From NCBI GenBank assembly GCA_000388065.2, contig KB932202.1: DNA of 35,418 nucleotides, one strand, 5' to 3'. The position numbers and the translations under genes are program-made. The stretch's first letter is position 1; every line of letters starts with the position of its first letter. The notes beneath the pieces were generated by a model. It was not told the DNA's origin. It was given only the letters and a program-made list of their open reading frames with translations, and made no database searches. The stretch comes from Fonticula alba ATCC 38817. Lineage: Eukaryota; Protista; Nucleariida. Below are positions 11,101 through 21,745 of this stretch, piece after piece.

Positions 11101-14100
11101 GTTTCTCCCTCTCTGTGCCCCTCTCTCTCTCTCACACACACACACAATCGTCATTATTGTCCCCCTCCCGTGCACTGGTGTGAGGCGGCGCCCGGCTGCT
11201 TGCTCCTGGACGCCAGGCGTTTTGACTCCGGCCCACAGGGGCAGGGGAGCCTGAGAAGCCCCCTCTCCGCCCCCCCCCCCCCCCGATGCCCCTTGACAGC
11301 GCGGCCTGCCGGTCCTCCCCCCCTCCCCCCCCCCCAAAATGGTCTTGGGGGGCCACCGGGGAAGTAAACAAACGTTTCTCGAACCCCTCCTCCAAGCGTG
11401 TGCTGCTGTCCTGCCCCCCTCCCCCACACTCGACCCCAGAGGGGGGAGAGGCCGGCAGGCACTCCAGCGCGATCAGTGAGGACGGAGGGTGGGGACAGCC
11501 GGGCGCGGGCATCATGTGTCTAAGGGCGCCATACACCTCAGAGCGATACGCGCCAAGTTGCCCCCCCAGCAACCACCTCGGCCCGGCCCCATTCGCTGGC
11601 CATCGGAGAGGGGGGGGCGGGGGGGGGGGGGGAGAAGAAACACCCGGCCACTGTGTTATTGTTATTTCCACTGCCTGCGGCGTGGCGCGCCACGGAAATG
11701 TCTTCTCACGCCGGGGGCGGTGATGGGGCCGAGATTCCCACCGCCTCAAAACGGACGCCCGGGGACATGGGCAGGGGCGAGATGCGCCCCGTCCCCGTCC
11801 TCGGCCCCCCCCCCCCCCCCCCCCCCCCCCCACCAAAAAACGAAGAGTATGAGAAGAAAAACAAAAAACCCCCCAAACCAAAAACAAAAGAAAAACGAAA
11901 AAACACCAACAAACCCCAACCCCGCCGGGGGAGAGAGAGAGGGAGAGAGCATCCCNNNNNNNNNNNNNNNNNNNNNNNNNNNNNNNNNNNNNNNNNNNNN
12001 NNNNNNNNNNNNNNNNNNNNNNNNNNNNNNNNNNNNNNNNNNNNNNNNNNNNNNNNNNNNCCCCGTCCCCGTCCTCGGCCCCCCCCCCCCCCCCTGCCCC
12101 CGCTCGACCAAGGGACGAGGAGTGTCGGGAGAAGGGCAATGTACCCCCCAAGCCAATGGCACTTGGCGGGCGACGCTTCTCCAGCCATCCTCGCCCCCGC
12201 CGGGGGAGAGAGAGAGGGAGAGAGCATCCCTCCGCGCCTCTGTGTGGCAGACCCCAGCCCACCGAAAAGCAGCATGTACACATGCAGGCAGACACACACA
12301 CACACACACACACGCGCGCGCTCACACGCACACGCGCATGCAAATAGCTTCCCCGCATTCAGGAATGCATCGGTCCCCGGGCTCCTCCGGTGATCCGCAT
12401 CAGCCCGGGCAAGTCAGGTGCTTCCGGCGCCGCTTCCGCCAAGAAGGAATGTCAGATCACATGCTGACCAGGCCTAAAGGGTCTATCAGCCGGGCTGGCT
12501 GGAGCTGGTCACACGAGGCATCGACGGGGCCGAAACGCGACCTGCACTCCTCTTGTCAAGTATGATATGTCCAAATGGACGCGCAGCTTACCGGGAAACC
12601 ACTCATCTGCATTGGTTGCCAGTCCACCGGCGGGGCCACGAGTGCACACGCTTCTTTGAGAGGTGGGCCCCCTCTCCCCTTTGGCCAAGACAAAATGGTC
12701 ACCGATCCCCCGCCAATACTCCTCCGCCCTGGCAAGCGCGCCATGGGACCACGGGGCCACCCTGGCTCTTGGCCCGTGGCAACGGCCCGCGCAGATGGGC
12801 CCCAGCTTGTCGCGTTACCCAGGCGGGCGGTGGTCCCCTGCGGCAAATGCCGAGGCTTGGGCATGTTGCGGGGGGGGGGGGGGGGGTGCGCACAGACAAC
12901 ACACGGGCCAGCCGAGTTGCACCCCCACCAGGCTGGCCGGCTCGGTTCTCCGGCACTCCGGGCACTCCGGGCACCCGCCCGCCCGCCCGCCCGCGGGTCG
13001 TACTCGCGAAAAGGGAACTTGCCCGGATGCGGCGGGCTACGAGAGGGAGAATGTTCCCAGGCCCTCCTCGCGGCGGCGGCGGCCCCCCCCCCCCCTCGGC
13101 GCCTCCGTTCTCCCTCGGGGACCATTCTGGATAACCGCCCCGGGGTTGCGAATCGCATTAGCGTCTATTGGCGGCTGCCGGGGGGAGGTTAATGCCTGGC
13201 GCTCGGCCTTCGCTCGCCGTTGGACCTTGTGCCGGTCGATCGGCCGACAAGATCGGCAGGGCGCGGTCGATCCCCCTGGGGGCAACAGGGGGTCTCTTCG
13301 GGGCCGGGCAGACCGGCTGACCCGAGGTCGGCCGTTGGACGCGGCCGTTTCCAGTCCCTCGCCGGCTTCCACTTGGTCGAGGGGGGCGCCTCCCCAGGGC
13401 CATCGCCCGGCCAGTTATTACGGGGCTCACACGAGGCCCAAGAAGCCAGAGGGGGTATGCCGCCCGGCCTCGCTCAACCGGAGGGGGGGGGGGGGAGGGG
13501 GAGGGGGGTCCGGCCGGGGCCTTCACCGGCACATGCCTGCCTGGGGCGCCGGCCAAAGCGTCGAGCCGTCCAGCCCGCCTTTGTCGGTCGGCGTGCAGGC
13601 TGTGCGTGCGTACCCAGGCCCCTTTTGAGGGCACGCTGGTTGGTGGGTCCTTCGTGCAGCGCGGGGCCTTTGTGTGTGCATTCGGAGGGCCAGAGTGTGA
13701 ACCACAGGAGCCTCTCCGCAGGGCAGCCCCCCCCCCCCCCCCCCCCCCCGGGAGCCGACCTTCTCCTTGTTCGCCCGCCGGCTACGCGGCCGCCCCCGCG
13801 CAATGGCCACCCCGTCCCCGCGTACTGCAGACCGGGGGGGGGGGGGGGAGATAGCTTGGTAGAGCCCCCCCCGCTAGACAGGCCGGGATGGCTCGGTTCC
13901 CCCAGGCTTGCACCCCACAAGTATCCTCCCCCGGCTCACGGGCTCGGCCTCGAGGATCGGCCAGGCCGGGCCCGGGCGGTTCGAGGGGGGGAGGGACTCT
14001 TCAGTGGGGTTCTACAAGCCAGTTCTCCGGATTATTCGCCACCCGTCACTCCTGCATCCCCCTTACGCACGCACACACGCACACCCCCCTCCCCCCTCCC

Positions 14101-14276
14101 CCGACCATACACACGCACACGCACACGCACACACGAAGCAGAAGAAACGGAAAGAGACCCCGCCGCCCACTGTTTCCGAACCACAAGACAAACAGCCCGA
14201 GCGAGAGAGCGAGAGAGAGAGAGAGAGAGAGAAAGCAACAGCGAGGCGCGAGTGAGCGACACAAAGCCACATCCGA

Positions 14277-14984
14277 ATGCACGGGCCACCAACTGAGTCA
14301 CTGTCCGAGAACATTCCTCCTCACGGGCACGCCGCCAGCTCCCCACCGCCGTCGCTTCTGTCGCCGCTGAAGCCCCGGGTCCTGATGACCCAGTGCGTGC
14401 CCCCTTCGCCCCCTCTCCGTCGGTCCATCTGCCCGCTGTCGGTCGCGGCTTTCCCACGTCGCTTTCGATCACTGACCCGCATCTCCATACTTCCCCCCCC
14501 CCCCNNNNNNNNNNNNNNNNNNNNNNNNNNNNNNNNNNNNNNNNNNNNNNNNNNNNNNNNNNNNNNNNNNNNNNNNNNNNNNNNNNNNNNNNNNNNNNNN
14601 NNNNNNNNNNNNNNNNNNNNNNNNNNNNNNNNNNNNNNNNNNNNNNNNNNNNNNNNNNNNNNNNNNNCTGGCAGTGGCGCACCATCCGGCCCGGCCGATA
14701 CAGCCAACTCCTCGCCATGGTCGTCCATCAAAATGGCCCACGGATCGTGGCCATTTGGCGCCGGGGGATCTCCCCATGGCAGCCCAGCTCGCTCTCGGCC
14801 CGGGCTCTCTTCGGTTCCGGAGAAGCGCGCCGCCAAGTCCCTGGCCTCCACCAACTCCCCCTCGCGGCTGCATTGCTCCTCGCTGGTGAACTCCCCCTCC
14901 GGAGGGATGATCTTCGGGAGCTCGGCCAGTGGGGATCTCTTCTCCTCCATGTCACTCCTTGAGTCGGCGCCCGCCTCCTCCCCT

Positions 14985-15016
<32 letters not shown>

Positions 15017-17589
15017 GGGGGGCGAGCCCAAAGACTTGTGCCTGATCGCGGCCGGCCCCGCCTCCTGTCCCGGGGGTGGGCTGATGGCCGAGCAGCCCCC
15101 TTCGGCGCCCCTGCTCGGGCCGCTGGACGCCGGGGACTGGGATCCCTGGCAGCCGGGGCCGCCATCGGCCTGCTCCTCCTCGTCCCCGCTGCCGGGAAGC
15201 GGGCCTGACCCGGACGCCGGGACCGACGCCGTGGTGGTCACCCTCCGGTCTTTCGGCCTGTACAGCTCGCAGATGGGCCCTTCGCGCATGTCGTCGCTGA
15301 ATGTGGCCGGCTCGGCCGGCCGCCCAGGGCCGCGCTACGTGACCGGGTCTCGTGTGGCCGGCCGCTACCACCACCAGCCCGGGGCCACGCCCACGCACGC
15401 GGTGTCCTTCGCCCCGCAGCGCGTGCCCTTCACACCGACGGCCCCGAATAGCCCGGCCCTGGGGGGTCGGGTCGTGGCCACGCCCATTCCCGTCAGCCCG
15501 CATGCCAGCCGCTCTCCGAGTGTCGGCCTTCGCAGTCCCACAGCCCCGCACAGTGTCCCGGCCAGCCATGTGGAGGGCTCCCCCTCGACCGGGGCTTCAC
15601 CTTCTTTGCCCCCTGCCCGGGACTCCGGCGCCCGGGTGGTCACCTTCTCCGGGCAGCAGCCATGGGCTCCGCCGGCTCTCGGTGCCGGCCGGCCTGGAGC
15701 TCCGCTATCAAGTCCCCCCCCCATCGGCGGCCCCGGCCAGCCTGGCACTCCCACCCTCTCGCCATCAACCTCCCGGCCAATGGACTTGGACTTGCAGGCA
15801 GGCGATGCGGCCATGGGACAGGCGGCCGCCTCTTCCGAGGCACCCCCCCGGCCAACGGGCATCTTCACCAGCGTCACTTTCCTCGGGCCGGGCGGCAGCA
15901 CAACCGGCACCAGCGGTCCCGGTGCCGAGCAGAGCTTCGGCTTCACGAGCGGCGCATGGCCCCTGGCCGCCGAGTCGGCCCCCTCGCTGGACCACCTGCC
16001 CATCGAGCTGCCGGCCTGGTCGCTTGCCCCGTCGGCCTCCTCTTCGACGTCCTCCCTGCCGGGGGCGGCCGGGTTTTCCCTTTCCTCCTCCTTCTCCTTT
16101 GATGACCCCTCCCCGGCGTCGAATTCCGAGTCGCCGGCTCACGCCTTCGAGCCTCCTGGCGCCGCTGCCTTCACATCCTTCCTCAGTCCGCGGTCCGCCA
16201 CTCGCGAGGGGCCTCCCTTCCCCCAGGGCCCGACCTTCGTGCCGCTGACCACCCCGCACGACCGGACCCCGGGCCCGGGGGCCGCGCCTCTGGCTGGCCC
16301 TGCGTCCATCGATGGGACGACCATCGTCCGGCCCTCCTCGCCCGGGGGGGCAGCCGATGGCCGGCTTTTCCTGGATGCCAGCCCTAGCCTGCAGCTGTGG
16401 CGTCACCAGCCTGCCGGCTCTGCCACCGCCGAGGGAGGGCTCCTGGCGCAAACCCCCCGACCCGGGTCGGCCAGGGCCCTTTGCTCTCGGGGCCTGGCGT
16501 TGCTTTGCACGCCGGCCCCGGCGGGCACTCCTGCCTCGCCGGACAGCATGCGCCTCCGGGCACCGCTGATCCTGGACACCCCGGCCACCAGCACCACGGA
16601 CAGGGCCCGGTCGCGGCGCTGCCGGCGGCCATCACCCCGGCATGAGGCCATCCTCCTGCGCCAAGTGGCCAAGGCCCGCATGCGCGCTGGACGGCCGCCG
16701 GCCGCGGCTTCGCCAAGCCGATACCACTCCCCCATGCTGGCCGTCGAACAGCCGGCCCTCGGTGTGGCCGACATCGTGGCCCTTCTGCGGGCTGGCGCCG
16801 TGGCCACCAGCCTGACGCTGCTCCTCGGCCTGACCCTGGCCACAGTGCCCGGGGCCGGTGCCCCTGCCCGGGCGGCCGAAATCCAGGAGCTCGTCGAACT
16901 GACAGCCCTGGCCCAGCCGCTGATGTCTCCTGCGGCCGGCGATGGGCCTGCTTCGGCTCGGCCGGCCGACACCCCCATCCGGTCGGGGCACGTGCGCCGG
17001 GCGTGTGTTCACGCGCGTCGCCTCTTCCAGGAGGCCCGCCAGCAGGACCTGTTGCCGCAGGCGCTCCCCGGGCATGCGGCCAACGCCGAGGCCGCATGGG
17101 TCCTGCTTTGTCTGGTGCAGGCCTTCCTCCTGCGCCGGCCGCTGCTGGCACTACGTGTTTTGAATGGCGCCCCCGCTGAGGCCATGTCGGTACGTTCAAC
17201 AGACACCCTCCGTGCCCGGGCTGACGCCGGTGCCATTGCCGGCCCCCCTTTCTTGCTGATGCAAAGGCTGACGTGTGCGTGGGTGTGCCCGCCCTTCTCT
17301 CCCTCTCTCGCTCTCTCTCTCTCTCTTTCCCGGCTGCGAACAGCCTCCCGCCCGTGCATTGGTTTTCGACGCGGCGGTGGGCGTCCTGCTGGCCCAGTAC
17401 CGTGGCCTGCACCATGAGACCAGCAAGCCCGTGCTTGACGCGCACTTCTGGCAGATCATCGGCCGGTACTCGGATGAGCCGGACCGGCCGGCCCTCACTC
17501 CGAGCTCCCTGCCCCGGTCTGGGCCCGAGACCGGAGCCGAGGCTGGAGCCGCCTCCGAGGAGGGGCCGCCCCCTGGCAAGCATTTTTAA
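14277..17589 (+). CDS. Long Ser/Pro/Ala-rich hypothetical protein with a helical C-terminal region; spans an assembly gap
   Basis: Probable exon 1 at 14277-14392 (donor GTGCGT at 14393, CACTGAC branch-like motif and poly-C before the gap). Long open frame 14669-17189, intron 17190-17343 (GTACGT..CAG), last exon 17344-17589 in frame. High GC3. The frame across the gap 14505-14668 cannot be verified, so the 5' end is uncertain. Confidence 0.65.
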
Positions 17590-17805
17590 GGCGGCCATGT
17601 CCCCTCTCTCGCCCCACCTCCCCCTTCCCCTGTATTTTTAGTAGTTTCTGGAGCCCGCCTCCAACTGGGCCACCCCCCCCCGCTGGGAGGCCTGCCACCC
17701 CGGCCCCGAGCGGCCACTGCGGCGAATGGCTCCCGACTTCGGCTAACCCTCTGTTTCTTGTGACCCCCCCCTCCCGGCGCCGGGCTCCGGCCTCTGTCAG
17801 TGAAC

Positions 17806-18420
17806 ATGGTCGGCGTCATGGACGAGGAGGACATCAGCTACCTGGACTCGATCGAGTCCACTCGGCGGCAGGCGGCCTGGAAGCGCGAGGACGAGGAGCG
17901 CCGCCAGGTGGAGGCCTTTCGACAGAAGGCCACCGAGGCGGCGGTCATGTCGGCCCGCGTGAGCGCCGGCCTGGCGGGAGCTGAGGATCCCTTTGAGGAG
18001 CTGCTGCCGGCCGACGCCAGCCAGGTTCTCCAGCCGCTGGGCGGCGAGACGCCCCCGGCGGCGGCGGCGACGGCGACGGCAACGCCAGGCGACAAGCCCA
18101 CGGTGCGGCGCCCGGCCGCCGGGAAGGCCCGCGCGCTGGCCGGCGTGCGGGTCAAGCGCTCCAACGGACCGGCCGACGTCCTGGAGGACCGGCCGACCGC
18201 CGGGTGCAAGCGCCCGCGCTCCGACGACCCGGCGCCGGAGGGGGCCGACCCCGCGCCCAGGCCCGGGGGCCACGATGTCGCCACAAAGGCGGCGGATTCG
18301 GCCCCGAAGGCGGTCGAGCCTGGGCCGGCTGCCGGCGCCCTGGCCGGGCTCCTGGCCCAATATGAGTCGAGTTCCTCGTCGTCGTCGTCGTCGTCGTCGG
18401 AGGAGGAGGATGGGGATTAG
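17806..18420 (+). CDS. FAM192A: FAM192A/NIP30 (PSME3IP1, Fyv6-like) family protein, apparently lacking the family N-terminus
   Basis: NMVGVMDEEDISYLDSIESTRRQAAWKREDEERRQVEAFRQ resembles, from memory, the NIP30 N-terminal domain motif (NMVRGLDEDExxFLD...ExxxExxxFR). C-terminus is acidic/Ser-rich. ATG in AACATGG context just after a strong acceptor (GCTAAC at 17742, CAG ending 17800). Confidence 0.6.
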   Translation: MVGVMDEEDISYLDSIESTRRQAAWKREDEERRQVEAFRQKATEAAVMSARVSAGLAGAEDPFEELLPADASQVLQPLGGETPPAAAATATATPGDKPTVRRPAAGKARALAGVRVKRSNGPADVLEDRPTAGCKRPRSDDPAPEGADPAPRPGGHDVATKAADSAPKAVEPGPAAGALAGLLAQYESSSSSSSSSSSEEEDGD

Positions 18421-18618
18421 GCCCGGGCATGCTCTGCTCCTGTGCCTCCCCCTCGCCTCCTCTCTGTGTCCTCCTCCCTGGGCGAGCGGGGGGGGGGGNN
18501 NNNNNNNNCCCACCCCACTAATACATGCGAACCGCGCATCGGTCCGCCTCTCGATCGACGTTTTGTTTGTCTTTTCTTTTGGAATCCTACAAGCACACAC
18601 ATACGCCCTACGCCGCGC

Positions 18619-20855
18619 CTAGCAGACCAGCCATACCAGGGTCTGCACCGCCAGGACTATCAGCCACACCACAAGGAAGACCCGGAGGATGATAAAGTGC
18701 CAAAAGCTGCACTCGGTGAAGCCCACCTCCAGCGCAAGGCCCGCATGGCCCAGGGGCTGCTGGAGGATCGCCGCCGGGGACAGCGCCCCGGGGAGAAGAC
18801 GCCGCACAGCGGCCACTTTCTGCCCGAGGGGGTGCGGCGGCGAGGGCAGTGCCGGGCCTTCCGATGCTTTGGCCGCCGGCCGGTCGGCGGGAGCCTTGTC
18901 CTCCGGCACCAGGCGCAAACTCAGCAAGCCAATGCTGCCGGAGTAGTCGGACATGATCGACCGAGCGGTGAACTCAGGCGCCACTGCCGGGTCGCTGCCA
19001 CTCCGATGCCCGGCGGTGGGAGCGCCCCCATTAGGGGCGTCCCAGCCGCCCTCTGGCAAGTGGTGTACAAAACGACACCCCTCGTGATCGTGGCCGGCCA
19101 CGATCGCCAGCGGCCGAAGGAGGCCGAGCAGTCGGCTGCTTGTGTCCTCGGAGAGGAAATTTTGCACCGCGACATCGCCGGTATGCGAACTGTGGCCGGG
19201 AGGGGGAGAGCAGGGGGGGGGGGGGAGGGGGGGAAGGGTCAGCGGTTGGCGAAGCCCCCGGGGAGGGGCGTACAAAATCGGAAACGAGCAAGACCGAGCA
19301 CCGGCTGGCCCGAGGACAAACACGCACAAAGTCCGCATATGTGGCGCGTCGGTGCAATGGCCGGCCGCTTTGTGGAGAGGGATATGCGTCAGGAGAATCG
19401 CGCGCCAGGGCCGGTGGCCGCCCTTCGGCCCGTCATCCGGCCAATCACTCGGCGCCGGAAGTGCAAAGAGAGCCTCCGGGAAGGGCTCCAGCAGGGGGGC
19501 CACCGCCGGATCGGCAAACAGGCGTCGCGTGTCCGGGGTCCCATACCGGACCAGGGCCGCCGCACGCAAAACCGTCAGCCAAGCTTGGTACTTGTGATGG
19601 CCAGGGACAAGGGTCCGATTACAAGCGCGAGCCCGGCCAGCCGTCGGGGGCCTCGGGTGGAACCCCTGAGCCAGGTCGATGGGGACCAGCGGGGGGGCCT
19701 GCTCGATCGGCAGCCGGGTGCACCGGACACTCCGTGGGGCCAGGCAGTCGGCCGTGTCGGCCGCGACTCGGGTCGGGTCCAGTCCCCCGCATACCGTGCA
19801 TCCGGAGCCCCAAGGCCCTGCAGGCGGAGCCGGGGGAGGCATCTCGGCCAGCAGCTCGTCATACTGGTGGCAGGGCCCGGCGCCATCGAGCACCAGGGCA
19901 TTGACCGACACCAGGAGCAGGCGCACCGGGAATTGCGAACCCGCCGGGGGGGAGGGAGCGCCGGCCGTGGCCCGGGGCCCGGAGCTCGAGGGCACGGGGC
20001 CGGGCCAGGCCGTCCGAAGGAGAGCCCCAAAAAAGGCCAACGGATGCCGGCCCGGCCGGCCAGGAGACGAGGGGACCCGGGGGCCGGACTCGGGCCCGGC
20101 CCGCAGCTCGATCAGCCGGTTGACCGCGCCATAGTGCCGCTCAAAGGCCTTGAGCATGGGGTCCGACAGGGTCCCGGCATAGCCCACATCATGATTGCCC
20201 ACCATGTAGAGCGTCCGCCCGGACCGAAGACCGCCATCGGTCTCGAGGACAGCCGCCGTGGACCATGCGGGCGCCAGCACAGCCGGGTCCCCGGGGCCGA
20301 AGATCTGCATGATACGCTGGGCCCGCGCGGCGAAGTCCCTGGTGGAAATGTGCTCCGAGCTGTGGAGATCCCCCACAACCAGCTGGTGGGTGGGAGCCGC
20401 GGCGGCCAGGCCGGCTCGCGTTACGAAGACCATGTACTGGTCGTTCAGGCGCTGGTCCAGAAGTGCCAAGCCCGGGTGATCAGCACGAGCCGCCTGCGAC
20501 TCGCCGGGGATCTGCGGATCGCCGACCACCAAAATCCGCAAGGCTGGAAAGGGAGGCGCGAGGACCGCACGGCCACGATGGCCGCAAAAGTGCACGGGGC
20601 ACAGGGCGGTTAGTCCATTTGCAGGCGATCCGCGGAGGAAGAAGGCAGGGACCACGCACCGGGCGTGCCCCCGGCCCCGGGGGCCTGGCCGAGGGTGAAG
20701 AAGTCCCCGCAAAAGGCCGGCATGTAGAGCAACACCAGCAAGCCGGCCATCGCAGTCAGGGCTCCGGCTAGCAGGGCCAGCGCGCGCCGCGGCGCTGCCC
20801 GCGCCCGCGGCTTGACCGGCACCGGCGGCGAAGGCGGAGTCAGGGCGACCGTCAT
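18619..20855 (-). CDS. TED1: Ted1-type (PGAP5/MPPE1/Cdc1 family) calcineurin-like metallophosphoesterase, GPI-anchor remodelling; 660 aa, 3 exons
   Basis: Exons 20855-20660, 20543-19328, 19189-18619 = 1983 nt. N-terminal and C-terminal TM helices. Motifs LVVGDPQI, NDQYM, GDLHSS, GNHDVGY, THIPLHK, GHDHEGC, RSIMSDYSG match the Ted1 pattern (GDPQ, GDLFSS, GNHDIGY, GHDHEGC, RSMMG). Both introns have GTGCGT donors and CAG acceptors. Confidence 0.88.
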
Positions 20856-21745
20856 TTCATGGGTGTAAATGAGGCAAGGCTGATGGAGAGGAGGGAGGCG
20901 GAGATGGCAATACGTAGAGAAGAGGGATACATGCGCGATCGGGGGGAGCCCCTTCTCGGGCCAGTTGCCGGCCCAAGAACCGGCCCACCGGCCTCGGGGC
21001 TTGGAAGAGCATTTCCAGCCCCCGCCAAGGGCTGCCGCACCTGTGCGCCCTCCTCCCGGGGAGGGGGGGGGGGGACCTGCCCAGAGGGTGGGATCGCCGT
21101 CTGCCCTCTGATGTCCGGCGCCACCGCGTTCAGGCCGGCCTCGGCCCCGGATTCAAAATTGAAAGAAAAAAAACACCCCACCTCGCGGCTAATTCGCTCC
21201 CGCCCCGGGAGATTCTGTAGACTGCCCCGCCTCCCTGCCCGCCCCGGGGGGGGGGGGGGAGAAGCCAGGGCGGGCGGCGGAAGACTCCCACCGAAAAAGC
21301 TACAGCGTGCTGGGTCTTCTGCCGGGGTCAGCCCGAGTCGTGGGCCTCCCTGGGTCCGTTGGCAGAAGGCCCACGCAACCCAGATGCCCACGGATCCGCC
21401 GATCGCCCCCGCTCGATCTCCTTTTTGAGGGCCGGCGCGCGGGGAAGCTGCATGGCGGTGCTCGCTCGGGGTGGGGGGGCCAGGCCGAGCGAGGCGAGGA
21501 GGGAGGGCAAAAATGAGAGACGCTTGTCCCGAAAACCCAGCATCATACCCGAGCCCCCTCCCCCCCCCCCNNNNNNNNNNNNNNNNNNNNNNNNNNNNNN
21601 NNNNNNNNNNNNNNNNNNNNNNNNNNNNNNNNNNNNNNNNNNNNNNNNNNNNNNNNNNNNNNNNNNNNNNNNNNNNNNNNNNNNNNNNNNNNNNNNNNNN
21701 NNNNNNNNNNNNNNNNNNNNCCCCACCCCACCCCCCTCGTCTGCC

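Noticed and set aside
11831-11920. Apparent G-to-A hypermutated duplicate (APOBEC- or RIP-like)
   Set aside because: T and C are also converted to A, the damage starts right after a poly-C run, and the copy abuts a gap. This fits sequencing decay rather than enzymatic editing.
7530-12565. Many long ORFs containing X runs
   Set aside because: They are open only because N gaps and G/C or dinucleotide repeats lack stop codons. No coding signal.
361-19327. Several 3n, stop-free introns (361-516, 762-863, 6657-6863, 6930-7232, 19190-19327) as a programmed intron-retention system
   Set aside because: 5 of about 21 is within expectation for short, very GC-rich introns where stop codons are rare, and uncertain homopolymer lengths make the mod-3 status unreliable.
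18442-20613. 723-aa plus-strand ORF
   Set aside because: Antisense shadow of the Ted1-like gene, which has the conserved motifs.
20859-21428. Plus-strand ORF starting 4 nt from the TED1 start (MGVNEARLMERRE...)
   Set aside because: It is the complement of the pyrimidine-rich TED1 leader and promoter. It has no codon bias or recognisable motif, and the RNB gene has a better start at 21746.
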